A stretch of DNA of 64,000 bases from the human T2T-CHM13v2.0 reference genome, Homo sapiens. The notes below the pieces were generated by a model, which worked only from the letters and a program-made list of their open reading frames with translations, was not told the DNA's origin and ran no database searches. The stretch lies in the NCBI RefSeq assembly GCF_009914755.1, contig NC_060947.1. One strand, given 5' to 3'. Each line of letters starts with the position of its first letter. Within the stretch, counting starts at the first letter, position 1. Both the position numbers and the translations under genes were made by a program. This document shows positions 1 through 16,207 of the stretch, one piece after another.

Positions 1-1684
1 CCCAAATATCTTCAACTTAATCTCCTGAAACTATAACTCACACAGACCCTGAAATCTCTTATAGTTCTACAAAAAGTTTATTCTTTCCAAGTATACCCCA
101 CCTTTTATGACTCCCAGACTAAAGTGCCCCATTTTTCTACTTTTTGTCCCAATTTTCTACTGGAGTACCTTTTTGTTCTTATCCTTCCAAACTAATCTCA
201 GATAATTTCTCCTGTTGTAAAGTCTTCCCTATCTATACTATAAATAATTTGTCCTTCTTCCTTATGGATCCTACATCACTTGCCATCTATTATAGGACTT
301 GTCACTGTAATTTCTTCCTTTCACAAATGTATTTTACCCTGACCACTACTACCATCTACTTATAACTTTTTGAGTTTAGAAAAGAGATTCTATATATTTA
401 GCATGTAGTACAATGCCCAACACATACTAGGAGTATTGACAGCTATTAGATAGACGAATAAGGGAATGACTAATGACTGAATGAGTGAATGAATGACGTC
501 ACATGCTTCTCTCCCCGGCATGGAAATGTGTTGCATGTTCTGCATGCAGAGTGAGTTGCTGGCTTCATGTCAAGGGGGAATCGTCCTTTAAGAAAAGGAT
601 CTGAGCTGCTGTTCTCCATGTTACCTGAAATCCCACCTCTTCCTGAAACTTGCTCTATTGAGACTTGAGTTTCAACTTGATGCTAGAGACAGTTGTTTAA
701 ATTTATTTTTTATTCATTGATGATTGCAACTGTAATGTCCCAGTCATAAAAATAACCTTATATTCAATAAATCCCACTCAGAAATATTCTGCATGGGGCT
801 CTGCTTAGCATATTGATGTGAAATTTATACCCAAGTCTATTTTGGAAAACATCAAATTAAACTTGTAAGTATAAAGGAAATAAGAGTGCCCTTGACCTCC
901 CAAGATTTAGATGATCAGCAGTTTTTAAATTACATTTCTTAAAAGCAAACTTTGATTTTTAAAGCACTGGGCACGAGGCTGTAATCAAAGGCACTGATGA
1001 TATTTAGATGATTTAGAAGAGCACAAGCTGATCTGCCAACATTCAGCTTGCAGGATACATTTATCTTCCGTTAGTAGTATGAAACACCTTTGTTTTTATA
1101 TTGATTATATTACTTTAGAAAATTATAGGTTTTGCCTTGTTATATTACTTACAGTCAAAATAAATGATTATGGATAATTATAATTACAAGAAGCAGCTCA
1201 TTAAAAGGGGCTGGTTTTATTGAGGCTCTGCTTTATTTCTACTGGAATAATTTTAGGCACACAGCAGCATATCAAATAGGATGCATCAGAGGATGATTTT
1301 AGGAACTTAGTTCAAAAGCCCTCTCAGGATTTTGCATACATTTTAAATAATATTCAGCTAAACACGTAATCACATGTTTCTCATGTATTTCCAAAAATCC
1401 CATATGGTTAGAAATGCCTGCCAGGTTTCTCTGTTTTGATAAACAGAATGACATTTAATTAAACAGTCCTGAAAAATACCTTCTTTCTTGACTTTATACT
1501 CAGGAGAGTTAATAAAGTCCCCATTTCAGATGATGAAATAATACATTTCCTGCCCCTATTCTGGTTTTCTGCCTCAAATGTCTTCCTGGAGAGACTCCAC
1601 ATATGCCAGCCTTCTCAAGAGTATTAAACCAAGGGTAGATGGTAGCTAGTGTTCTTTGATCTCACTGTACTCGTTGTTATTCAT

Positions 1685-1825
1685 TTTTTTCTTCTTCTTT
1701 TTTTTTTTAGATATGGGGGTCTCACTATGTTGGCCAGGTTGGTCTTGAACTCCTGGCCTCAAGCAATCCTCCCACCTCAGCCTCCAAAGTGTTAGGATTA
1801 CAGGTGTGAGTCATCACACCTGGCC
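1685..1825 (-). mobile_element. Alu monomer (FLAM-like)
   Basis: Poly-T followed by a single antisense left-arm-type monomer. Confidence 0.8.
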
Positions 1826-2021
1826 TGGTTGGTATTGATTTTTAAAAAGTGATTTGTTATTTGTTGTCCATGAAACTTGGTGTGCTCTAAATTGTTTGTT
1901 TGTTTCACTACATGACATTCCATATACTTACCATCAATTCCAATTAATAGGAATTCCAATAGAATGGCTGAAACAAATTGAGTAGAACAATTACTAACCC
2001 CTTTAGACATTATTATGTTAG

Positions 2022-2093
2022 GTTCTACACTGGCTCTATCTATGGGTCACTGCATCTGTTCTACACTGGCTCTATCTATGGGTCATTGCATCT
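2022..2093. repeat. 36-bp tandem duplication (2 copies, 1 mismatch)
   Basis: gttctacactggctctatctatgggtca(c/t)tgcatct x2. Confidence 0.95.
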
Positions 2094-2994
2094 GGCTATT
2101 TAGATGGCAAGGAAATGTAATTGAACTAAAAATCCTAGTCATTGAGCAACGGGCTGTTTTTGTTTTGCTTTTTACCTGCCAGCTGGCTCCTCATCTTTGA
2201 GGTTTGCTCTGACAGCTCTGAAGCTTGGGTAATATACAACAATATAGACAAAGTAAGGAAATAATTAGGTTGTATGATATTAATATATTCCCAACCTGAA
2301 AACCACAGTTTTAAAATATTCCTATTGTCTCCCCGTCCTCTGCTCATTTGACAGTTACCAGGAGCTTTGGGCAGAGAGGGAGAGAAGTGCATATGTTGTC
2401 ACCTGCCGCTCTGCTGCCTCCATAGCCCATGTTAGGAATTAGCATGGTGTAGATTAAGTACAACTACACAATAGTCATCAATTCCCAATGTTATCGATAC
2501 ATTAGAAAGGGGCTTTGATTTCCAATTAAGTACTGAATAATTGAAAGAAACATGTGTTGTTGCAGGTTGTTGAGAAACACCTCTACCTCCATTTACCCTT
2601 TCATTAAGAAACAGGGATAAAAAATATTGCGATATCAGGATATCTAGAATTTGGAAGATGTGGAATCATCCTGCTGAGTCCAAGGGCAATCCAGAAAATC
2701 AGCTGTGATTCAGACTGTGGTGTGCCCCGTGGAGGCCATGGGTCATCCAGGAGCCTTGTATACCTGGAGGATGAGGAGCCACCAGGGGGGAATTCATTCT
2801 AACGTAAAAAAATGTCATCCTGGCATAGTGACTTCGACCCAGTTCAAAAGCCCGGGTTGTTGAAGAGGAGCCAAATTCTAGGCATGGTGTGTTTACAGTG
2901 AGTGCTGTGTTTCCCAGATTTTCCCATCCATCCGTAAGGATCTGCACATTTTAGGAAGAGAGAGAGAGAATTCAGAATAAGAGCTGAATAAGAG

Positions 2995-3365
2995 TGCAGT
3001 AGTAGGTTAGCTCAGCAGATCTGTGTTGTCCAAACCCTGCACTTTCCAAAGAACATCTGCTCTTTGACAGCCTTCCAGGAGATAACCTCTAAGCCCTTGG
3101 AATATCCTGCCTGATAATAATGTCTTTGTTTACCTGGAGCTTTGAGTTATGCTAGATAGTTAATGCTAACAATGTGATTTATAGTGGAAGCTTTGGGCCA
3201 CCTGTATCAGTCTTGACCTCTGGAGGGGCTGGCAACTGAGTTCAGTCATGCAGACAGTCTGCCATGACTACACGCCCCAAAACCATACTGGATGCCAGGG
3301 TTGGGGGAGCTCCCTGGGCAGCAATGCTCTGTGCATGTTTCCTCACCTCACTGCTGGGAGAATTA
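2995..3365 (+). mobile_element. Old ERVL-type LTR fragment (MER21/MER77-like)
   Basis: Motif taacctctaagcccttggaatatcctgcctgataa...tgtctttgtttacctgg recalled from this LTR group. Boundaries approximate. Confidence 0.45.
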
Positions 3366-3610
3366 AACATCATTTGGTTCCATTTCCCAGCTGCTGAAAA
3401 ACTGTAATTCTTTTGGGGAGAAATTAATAATGTAGCTTAAAAGGAAGAATGTTGATTGTGTAAATTCTGTAGAATTTTTTTAAAATGTTGAGGGAAGAAG
3501 GGAAGACCAACTATGTAGAAAAGGGAGCCTTTATTATGAACACACAACTCTTTATAATACCCATGTAGAATAAAAGTAAAGAAAAAATAATTCAGATAAT
3601 CACTACGTAA

Positions 3611-3949
<339 letters not shown>

Positions 3950-5666
3950 TGAAACATCTGACTGCACTGCTGAATTCAAAATATATGAATATGTTATACA
4001 GAAAAGTGTTTTGAAAGTCCAGTGAAAATTAATAACCAAATAGAATGTTCTACTTAGTCATTTTTGACTTATCTTTATAATAATTTTGTTTTATAATGTG
4101 AAAAAATAGATCTATTGCTCATCTTGTCAAAAATATTTATGTACAGAACTGTATTTTAAAACAAGCAAGTACAAAAGAAAAATTAAGTGTATGAATATTT
4201 TATTACCTCTCAAAATAGCCTTACTTGAAAAGACCATCACTCCATGGCCAATGGATCTACTTGATCCTGAAATAATTGTGAGTGGGGTGTATCTGTTACT
4301 ATCAGCAGGCCAACCTCACAGCAACAAGAAGAAAGGCCTTTGACAACCTGAGGGTCACCACTGGGATTTCTATGGCCAACTTAAATGGAAAGAATGAGCA
4401 GGAAACCAGTTGACTTTTTTTGAAGAAAAAATGACAAAAATCTCTCAGTACCTCTTAGTCATCATTTCTTGGAAACAACTATACATCATACAGTTGCAGG
4501 CAGGGAAATAAATTGAATATGTACTTTGTAAGAGAGCTTGGCAATTAGCAAGTGGCAATGACCATCCCTCAAAGTTATAAAGGAAGGGCAGTCCAATAGT
4601 ATAGTTTTGTATTTGGGGCAGTATTTTCATAGAGGCATTTGAGCAACATGCATTAAGCAGAGGCAGGCCGATAAACGGGTGGCTCTGTTCTCTGCAAAGT
4701 CATCACCACTTTTGTGACACTCCTGAAGCATACCTCTTCACTGCCTGCCAGTTTACTGGAGTCCTTGCATCACTGTAGTACATCCATCAGTACAGCCTGT
4801 TATTCCTGCTGAATAAAGGTAGTACAGAATAACAGTACAGCCTATTATTACTGATGAAAGTTGTCAGTATTGAGGTCCAAAGAGGAGTCTGACTTTTTTT
4901 TCTAAGTTAAAAATAGTAGCATGGTACATAAATTAAAGCAATTCTTTTGCATGTGAATTTCTGCTATAACAGTCCCTCAAAAACAAGAACTTGAAAAGAA
5001 TGATAATTCAGCCTCATTGTAGCTGAAAGGATTTGAATGGTATTTCTTGACATTTTGTTGGCTTAGAATGCCACAGAATGCAACGGACACAGGGACATTT
5101 ATTTTGTTACAGCATCTTTCACAAGTGAAATTCCCCAGTTAGACTATAAATAAAAACAGCTGTGCAATTTCAGACACGTTCCACAAACCGAAGATGGGTC
5201 AAATTTAAAAATGAAGCAGTTATTGCGGAGTTTATGTTCCTCCAGCTTTTAAATATCATTACAAACAATGTAATAATGCATTTTAGACTAGGAGTGGTTT
5301 CTCAAAAGTGAAACCAGGAGATTCCAACATTAATCTAGAAAATTGATTTTGGTTTGTATCTTTTGCTACTATTATTATGAAAAACAAAACAAAACATATA
5401 GAGAAAAATTATATTTCTATCAATAGAACTATTAAGTTACACATTTGATTAAAGGTATTTTAAAGTAGACTCACAAATGGAATGAGATTGAGAGTGTTGA
5501 TATCTACTGAAAAGCCGAGTTTGAAAATGTTAAAAGTCTATTATTTGAATGGAAGTCATTTATTATTCAGAGCTCTCTGAGATGCTGTAAATATTTTATA
5601 AATGATACAACCAGCCTCATCTTATGAGAGTTCTGCAATGCTCTTTAAAAAATCTCGATGAATTAA

Positions 5667-6366
<700 letters not shown>

Positions 6367-7335
6367 TAGAGGAAGGAAAACACCTTTAACTTAGTAAAGG
6401 AGTCTTATAAATGTAAGAAATAGCTCCCTAATAAAGATAAGAAGATAGTCCATGACCTCATGGCACTTTCAAGATCAAATTAATCAACCCAGTGCCCCTG
6501 CCAACCTCAATTTAGCAGAAACTCCAGGTAGTTAATTACCTTGCCCAAAATTGCAGATGCAGTTGGCATCTGACACAGAATGTGTCTCCTAATTTGTTCT
6601 AAACCTCATCCGTTTTACTATATTATTAGAATATTAGACTATATATGTATTATATATTAATCTACCCAAAAATGTTATAGTTGGATTCCTGAAGGTGCCT
6701 TTTGGGAGTAATGTTCTTTGGTTTCTTTCTAGACATATTTTCTTTAACTAATCAGCCCTTTCCTCTGAGTAGTCCCAGGTCATATGGCACTGGTAAGTAA
6801 GGCTAATAATTTTCTATGTTTCTAATTGGGGAGAAGTTTCAGGAACTCTGCAGCCTATACAGAGAAAGGAGTTCCTTCTCAATTGCCCCCAAAACTGCAG
6901 CTCCTGATGCAATCACTGTAACTCCTAGAGCACTGCTTTCAGAGATTTTGTGAGGCAGTTGACGGTGATGTTATTCAGAAGTCCTTTTCTTCTCTCCTAT
7001 TGACAGTGAAGATCATAAAATTAGATCTCCGTCTCCCTGTGTGTTTCACACATCACTAGAGCCCCTGCAGATATCACACTGACCCAGTCTAATTGAGTTC
7101 CATGTGTGTCTGCATGAACGTTTCCCAGCTAGGAGAGAACTGACTGATAATGAACTAAATTCGTGACTCACCTAGACAAGATTTCAAAGGTTAGGTCATG
7201 CTAATAAAGTGTCCCTGCATTATGATTGTCTATAGATTTCTATGCACAAAGATAAAATTAAATTCAGCCACAAAATTACATACTTTGAGAAAATATATAT
7301 ATATAAAATAAAGATTAAATAAAAAAATATATATA

Positions 7336-7822
7336 GGACCTGTAGATGCCGACACCACGAGGCTCCTCTGAGGGCCTGAGTCCCGGGTTCTTGCAAGAGC
7401 AGCCAGCCCGCCTGCCCGTGCTCCTCGCTGATTGGTCGGCTCAGTGTGCATGCAGGTAGTGGGGCCGTGTGGGGCCACGCCCCCTGCAGGCATGCCCATG
7501 GTAGCTGAGGACCTAGGGGGCAAGGGTGGCTCTCTGAGGCCTCTGTTCCCACAATATTCCAGCTCCTCATCCTGGCAAAGGAAGCAAGGAGCCGGGAATG
7601 GGGAGTGCTCGGAATCCTGTCCTGAGGAATGAAGGCCAAGTGGATGGGCCCTAGGACCTCACCCCCGGGCTCGTTCCAGCCACCCTTGCCCCTTTGGGTG
7701 CAATGGCCATCACCCCGTGGGTGGGGCCCAGGCTCCCTCCCATGCCCTGTGTGCTTCCAACACGCCCAGCTGCATCCTTTTTATCAATGGATTGTGCTTT
7801 TATGTTTTATCTAAGAAAATTG
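7336..7822 (-). repeat. Left arm of ~490-bp diverged inverted duplication (partner 8835-9337)
   Basis: Reverse complement matches 8835-9337 end to end, e.g. ttttatcaatggattgtgcttttatgttttatctaa versus ttagataaaacataaaagcacaatccattgataaaaa. The ORF track shows homologous spurious peptides on opposite strands. Confidence 0.9.
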
Positions 7823-7859
7823 TTGACTCCCTGCTATAGACTAAATGTTTCTCCCCAGC

Positions 7860-8402
7860 ATATGTCACTCTATTCAATCCACCAATCCCACCACTGGGTA
7901 TCTACCCAAAGGAAAATAAATCATTACATCAAGAAGACACCAGAACTCATATGTTTATCACAGCACCACTCACAATAGCAAAGATATGGAATCAACACTC
8001 AGGTGCCCAACAACGGATAACTGGATAAAGAAAATGTGGTTTATATGTAAAATGGAATAGTATTCAGCTATGAAAAAGAATGAAATCATGTCTTTTGCAG
8101 CACCACGAATGGAACTATAGACCATTATTTTAAGTGAAACAAGTAAAACACAGACAAATATTGCATGTTCTCACTTATAAGGGAACGGAGCAATGTGTAC
8201 ACAGGAACATAGAGAGTGGAAAGATAGACACTGGAAACTCAGAAGGGTGGGAGAGTGTTGAGAAATTACTTAAAGGATACAATGTACATTATTCAGGTGA
8301 TGGGAACACTAAAAGCCCAGACTTCACCACTACACAATAGATCCATGTACCAAAATTGCCCTCGTAGCCCTTAAACTTATATAAATAAATACATGAATAA
8401 AT
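7860..8402 (+). mobile_element. Old L1 3' end (L1PB/L1MA-type) in the spacer of the inverted repeat
   Basis: Degenerate ORF2 C-terminus, 3' UTR and A-rich tail. Confidence 0.85.
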
Positions 8403-8753
8403 GTTTGATTTTGCTGGGTCAAAATTAAAGGGTTTTTGAAAGCTTTTGGTTAAAATCATTCCTGGTGATAAAAATGAAACCGACAAACATTTCTATAATA
8501 CTTGACAACAGAATTATAAAGAGAAATGATGCATGAATACATCTTAATTCTTGCCTTAGGAATATTCTCTAACTGAAGTACCCAAAGGCTTAAATATGCC
8601 CATTTTATGCCATTATACCTCTGCAATTTATCTATGAATATAAAAGGAAATACAAAGGAATATAAAAGGATATAAAATATCTATGAATATAAAAAGTATG
8701 CCATTATACCTCTGCAATGTAATCTATGAATATAAAAGGAAAACCTTTGCTTA

Positions 8754-8754
<1 letters not shown>

Positions 8755-8787
<33 letters not shown>

Positions 8788-8811
8788 TGTGTGTGCACAT
8801 ACATATATATA
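8755..8811. repeat. (CA)n-(TG)n-(TA)n microsatellite
   Basis: Direct reading of the sequence. Confidence 0.95.
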
Positions 8812-8834
8812 TTTTTACCCTCCAAAGGCAACTT

Positions 8835-9337
8835 CAATTTTGTTAGATAAAACATAAAAGCACAATCCATTGATAAAAAGAATGCAGTTGGGCATGTTGG
8901 AAGCACACAGGGCATGGGAGGGAGCCTGGGCTCCACCCTCAGGGTGATGGCCATTGCATCCAAAGGGGTAGGGGTGGCTGGAACGAGCCTGGGGGCAAGG
9001 TCCTAGGCCCCGTTCACTTGGCCTCCATTCCTTAGGGCAGGGTCCCCTGGCACTCCCCACTCCTGGGTCCTTGCTTCCTTTGCCAGGATGAGGAGCTGGA
9101 ATATCGTGGGGACAGAGACCTCAGAAAGCCACCCTCTCCCTGAGTCCACAGCTACCATGGGTGGTCCCTGAGGGGGAGGGCATGCCTGCAGGGGGCGTGG
9201 CCCCAGCGGCCCACCACCCACATGTGCACTGAGTCGACCAATCAGCGAGGAGTGCGGGCAGGCAGGCTGGCTGCTCTCAAGAGAACCGAGGACCCAGGCC
9301 CTCAGAGGAGCCTTGTGGTGCCAGCGTCTGCAGGTCC
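8835..9337 (+). repeat. Right arm of the inverted duplication
   Basis: Reverse-complement match to 7336-7822. Confidence 0.9.
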
Positions 9338-10100
9338 ACTGAGGGAGCAATGTGGGGGGTCCCTCAGGTGTTGTGCCCATGGTGGGGAGGCGGGGAAAGC
9401 CGGCATGAGGCCCTTTGGGGATGACCGTGTGAAGCACCGGGCTGCCCCAGGCTGACCTGTGAGGAAATGGCCCCAGTGTCGTTGTCTGGGGCCTGAATCA
9501 GGGCAAGGCCCTGAGGGCAGGCCGGGGTGGGCCAGGGCTGAGAGCTGGAGCTGCCCAGGTGGTTCCCAGGGCCCAGGAGCAGCCCCAGGGGCCTGTGCAT
9601 ATGTGCAGGGGTTGGGGAGTCGGTGTGGGTCCCTCCTGCCTGGCTGCCCAGCAGGACAGGACACTTGGGGTCACCGGAGGTCCCCTGGGCATCCAGGCGG
9701 GCGAGTAGCAGTGCCCACCCTTGATTGTCCGAAACAGGTGCACACCGGGTGACTCCCACTGAGATAGCTGGGGAGATCCTCTGTCATCCCACAGCTCTTC
9801 CGGCCACACGGGGTCGCTGGGGGACCCAGGAGCAGGGCCGAGCTCTGTCTCAATGGCTCCGCGAGGATCCCCCAGAGGCCGCGGAGTTCAGGTGTGCGCG
9901 GCAGCTGCGAGCTCTGCGGCCAGCCCCAGGGACAGGCTGTACAGGCCAGGACAGGAGGGGATGCTGACATATTCTCCGCGATCCCTCCTGCTCCCACAGG
10001 AGACTCGGGGCGGGCCAGCCCCACGCTTCTTGAACCCACCATCCCGATAGCTCTCCTTTCACACACCCTGTTTCCTTACTGTATCTTTGCACTCACAAGG
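9190..10100 (+). promoter_or_regulatory. GC-rich promoter/5' region of the FAM9-like copy
   Basis: GC box GGGGCGTGGC at 9192-9201, NF-Y-type GACCAATCAG (CCAAT 9238-9242), and GC/CpG enrichment within an AT-rich background, immediately upstream of the first coding exon. Confidence 0.6.
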
Positions 10101-10262
10101 TTCAGGAGTCACCTCTAACATCCGAGGACAACCAGCCATGGAGCCCGTGGGCAGGAAGCTCATGGAGAAGCCTGCGAAGGCCTCACCCAGTGGAGGCTCA
10201 GGTTACGGCCAACCAGGAAATGGAGCATGGAGTTAAAAACAGTCCAGGGGAGCCGGAAGAAG
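10100..10262 (+). pseudogene. FAM9-like first coding exon
   Basis: cacaag|GTTCAGG acceptor. ATG at 10138 gives MEPVGRKLMEKPAKA (FAM9A: MEPVGRKRSRKAAKA), then a frameshift at about 10183-10189, then VEAQVTANQEMEHGVKNSPGEPEE. Donor G|gtgcac at 10263. Confidence 0.85.
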
Positions 10263-10740
10263 GTGCACGCCCAAGGGGACGGTTTGTCTGCTCTCTGCGC
10301 GGGGGGCACACAGGCAGCAGACAGTCAGCCCGAGGCCCCCAGCCCCTATGTTGCTTTGGAGTTCACCTTGCACGTGCTAAGATGCCCAAGCTTTTCAAAG
10401 CAGGCTCAAGAGCCTTAGGTTTCCCATGGGAGGTTCTCCCTCATACCAGGGTTACAGATACTCTTAGAGCAGCTCTTCTCGATGGATGCGGTCCTGACGT
10501 CCAAGGGATCTGACACGTAGTGCCTTGTTTACTGGGACTTAAACCGCAAAGAGCTTGCAAAAATGCCTCTGTAAAATGGTCAGGGTCCCAGTGATTCCAT
10601 GTATAGCGCTGCTTTAAAGCTTTAATGGGCAGAGAGCCAAAAGGGTCCACAAATAGTACATTTCTCCACAAAAAAATGTCCACAACAGCGTCTTCCTCTT
10701 AAAAAAAAAAAAAAGGTGTGTCTTTTTTATTTTAATGCAG

Positions 10741-10810
10741 GAAAGACTCCAGCAATTGATAAGCAGCGGAAAAGAGACCATTTTGCTGAAATCGATGCGG
10801 AAGACAAGGG
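10741..10810 (+). pseudogene. FAM9/SYCP3-like exon, 70 bp, open
   Basis: tttaatgcag|GA...AAGGG|gtaaag. Encodes (G)KTPAIDKQRKRDHFAEIDAEDK(G), versus SYCP3 [23 protein letters not shown]. Phases match both neighbouring exons. Confidence 0.8.
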
Positions 10811-10872
10811 GTAAAGTGTTTAAGTCAGTTTTGCCTGTCAGATAACGTCTTCTAAGAAAAATCAGCTTTGGA

Positions 10873-11088
10873 GCCAAGCATGGTGGCTCACGCCTGTAAT
10901 CCTAGCATTCTGGGAGGCCGAGGTGGGTAAATCACTTGAGGTCAGGAGTTTGAGACCAGCCTGGCGAAAATGGTGAAACCCTGTCTCACCAAAAATACAA
11001 ATATTAGCCAGGCGTGGTGGCATGTGCCTGTAATCCCAACTATTCAGGAGGCTGAGGCATGAGAATTGCTTGAATCTGGGAGGCAGAG
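10873..11088 (+). mobile_element. 3'-truncated Alu without A-tail
   Basis: Alu sequence ends at gggaggcagag and is flanked by tcagctttgga direct repeats. Confidence 0.9.
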
Positions 11089-13390
11089 AAGTCAGCTTTG
11101 GATCATATAATCACTGTTCTATGCAGAACATTTCACCATTTCACATAAGACATTTCTTCTTCTTAAACAAACATGGCATTTTGTGTAGCATTATGTTAAA
11201 ATTTTGATGTAACTTTTTTCTTTTTTTATTATACTTTAAGTTATATGGGATACATGTGCAGAACGTGCAGGTTTGTTACATAGGTATACATGTGTCATGG
11301 TGGTTTGCTGCACCCATCAACCCATCATCTACATTAGGTATTTCTCCTAATGCTATCCCTCCCCTAGCCCTCCACCCCCGACAGGCCCCAGTGTGTTATG
11401 TTCCCCTCCCTGTGTCCATGTGCTCTCGTTGTTCAACTCCCACTTATGAGTGAGAACATGCAGTGTTTGGTTTTCTCTTCCTGTGTTAGTTTGCTGAGAA
11501 TGATGGTTTCCAGCTTCATCCATGTCCCTGCAAAGGACATGAACTCAACCTTTTTAATGGCTGCATAGTATTCCATGATGTATATATGCCACATTTTCTT
11601 TATCCAGTCTATCATTGATGGGCATTTGGGTTGGTTGCAAGTCTTTGCTATTGTGAATAGTGCTGCAATAAACATATGTGTGCATGTGTCTTTATAGTAA
11701 AATGATTTATAATCCTTTGGGTATATATCCAGTAATGGGATTGCTGGGTCAAACGGTATTCTGATTCTGGATCCTTGAGGAATCACCACACTGTCTTCCA
11801 CAATGGTTGAACTAATTTACACTTCCACCAACAGTGTAAAAGCATTCCTATTTCTCCACATCCTCTCCAGCATCTGTTGTTTCCTGACTTTTTAATGATC
11901 AGTATTCTAACTGGCATGAAATGGTATCTCATTGTGGTTTTGATTTGCATTTCTCTAATGACCAGCAATGACAAGCTTTTTTTCATATGTTTGTTGGCTG
12001 CATAAATTTCTTCTTTTCAGAAGTGTCTGTTCATAACCTTCACTCACTTTTTGATGGGGTTGTCATTTTTCATGTAAATTTGTTTCAGTTCCTTGTAGAT
12101 TCTGGATATTAGCCTTTTGTTAGATGGATAGATTGCAAAAATTTTCTCCCATTCTGTAGGTTACCTGTTCACTCTGATGATAGTTTATTTTGCTGTGCAG
12201 AAGCTCTTTAGTTTAATTAGATCCCAGTGGTCAATTATGGCTTTTGTTGCCATTGCTTTTGGTGTTTTAGTCATGAAGTCTTTGCCCATGCCTATGTCCT
12301 GAATGGTATTGCCTAGGTTTTCTTCTAGGGTTTTTAAGGTTTTAGGTCTTACGTTTAAGTCTTTAGGTCATCTTGAGTTAATTTTTGTACAAGGTGTAAG
12401 GAAGGCATCCAGTTTCAGTTTTCTGCATATGGCTAGCCAGTTTCCCCAACACCATTTATTAAATGGGGAATCTTTTCCCCGTTGCTTGTTTTTATCAGGT
12501 TTGTCAAAGATCAGATGGTTGTACATGTGTGGCATTGTTCTGAGGCCTCTGTTCTGTTCTATTGGTCTATATATCTGTTTTGGTACTAGTACCATGCTGT
12601 TTTGGTTACTGTAGCCTTGTAATATAGTTTGAAGTCAGGTAGCGTGATGCCTCCAGCTTTTTTCTTTTTGCTTAGGATTATCTTGGCTATACAGGCTCTT
12701 TTATGGTTCCATATGAAATTCAAAGTAGTTTTTTCTAATTCCGTGAAGAAAGTCAATGGTAGCTTGATGGGGATAGCATTGAATCTGTAAATTACTTTGG
12801 GCAGTATGGCCATTTTCACAATATTGATTCTTCGTAACCATGAGCATGGAATGTTTTTCCATTTGTGTCCTCTCTTATTTCCTTCACATTAATGTTAATC
12901 AGGGATATTGGCCTGAAATTTTCTTTTTTTCTTGTGTCTCTGCCAGGTTTTGGTATCAGGATGATGCTGTACTCATAAAATGAGTTAGGGAGGAGTCTCT
13001 TTTTTTCTGTTGTTCGGAATAGTTTCAGAAGGAATGGTACCAGCTCCTCTTTGTACCTCTGGTAGAATTCAGATGTGAATCCGCCTGATCCTGGGATTTT
13101 TTTGGTGGGTAGGCTATTAATTACTGCCTCAAATTCAGAACTTGTTATTGGTCTATTCAGGGATTAGACTTCTTCCTAGTTTAGTCTTGGGAGGGTGTAT
13201 GTGTCCAGGAATTTATCCATTTCTTCTAGATTTTCTAATTTATTTGTGTGGAGGTGTTTATAGTATTCTCTGATAGCAGTTTGTATTTCTGTGGCATCAG
13301 TAGTGATATCCCCTTGATCATTTTTTATTGTGTCTATTTGATTCTTGTCTCTTTTCTTGTTTAATAGTCTGGCTAGCAGTCTATTTTGTT

Positions 13391-15596
<2,206 letters not shown>

Positions 15597-15848
15597 TATT
15601 TTGTTAATCTTTTCAAAAAACCAACTCCTGGATTCATTGCTTTTTGAAGAGTTTTTCATGTCTCCTTCTCCTTCAGTTCTGCTCTGATCTTAGTTATTTC
15701 TTGTCTTCTGCTAGTTTTTGCATTTGTTTGCCTTTGGTTCTGCAGTTCTTTTAATTGTGAGGTTAGGGTATTGATTTTAGATCTTTCCTGCTTTCTCCTG
15801 TGTGCATTTAGTGCTATAAATTTCCCTGATGTAACTTTTTTTTTACAG

Positions 15849-15880
15849 GGTTGATATCCAGAAGCTAGAAGATATTGCAG
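15849..15880 (+). pseudogene. FAM9-like 32-bp exon, open
   Basis: ttttacag|GGTTGATATCCAGAAGCTAGAAGATATTGCAG|gtatgt. Encodes [11 protein letters not shown], versus FAM9C GVDTKELEDIA. Confidence 0.85.
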
Positions 15881-16207
15881 GTATGTTTTAGGAGCTATTT
15901 GTAGTTTATGAAAATTGTTTTCAATCATACAACTGTTACAATAGGCTGTACGAATTAGTGGACAAGACTGTCTTAAATGCCTTCTTCTCATATATAGCAT
16001 TTAACATAGTCTGTTTGATAAATCTGTATTACTTCCTTTTTTATTGTTGATGTGGAATGTGAGAATGCTTCTAATAATGGGCAAGTGAGAGGGATGGCTT
16101 TTCTTTCATACACGTGGAAATTTAATGTTTGGGGGATATTAGAGGACACTGGAGGAGAAACAGCTCTATTCGTTCCTTTTAGTGTACACACATTAAGTCA
16201 CATATCA

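Noticed and set aside
494-501. Perfect CRE palindrome TGACGTCA
   Set aside because: A single 8-mer at the end of a (TGAA)n L2-like tail is expected by chance in 64 kb.
2778-2792. CTCF-like GCCACCAGGGGGG
   Set aside because: It lacks the conserved C of the GGC end and has no independent support.
8751-10118. Dense cluster of overlapping ORFs on both strands
   Set aside because: A by-product of high GC content (few stop codons) in a promoter region. I recognise no protein similarity.
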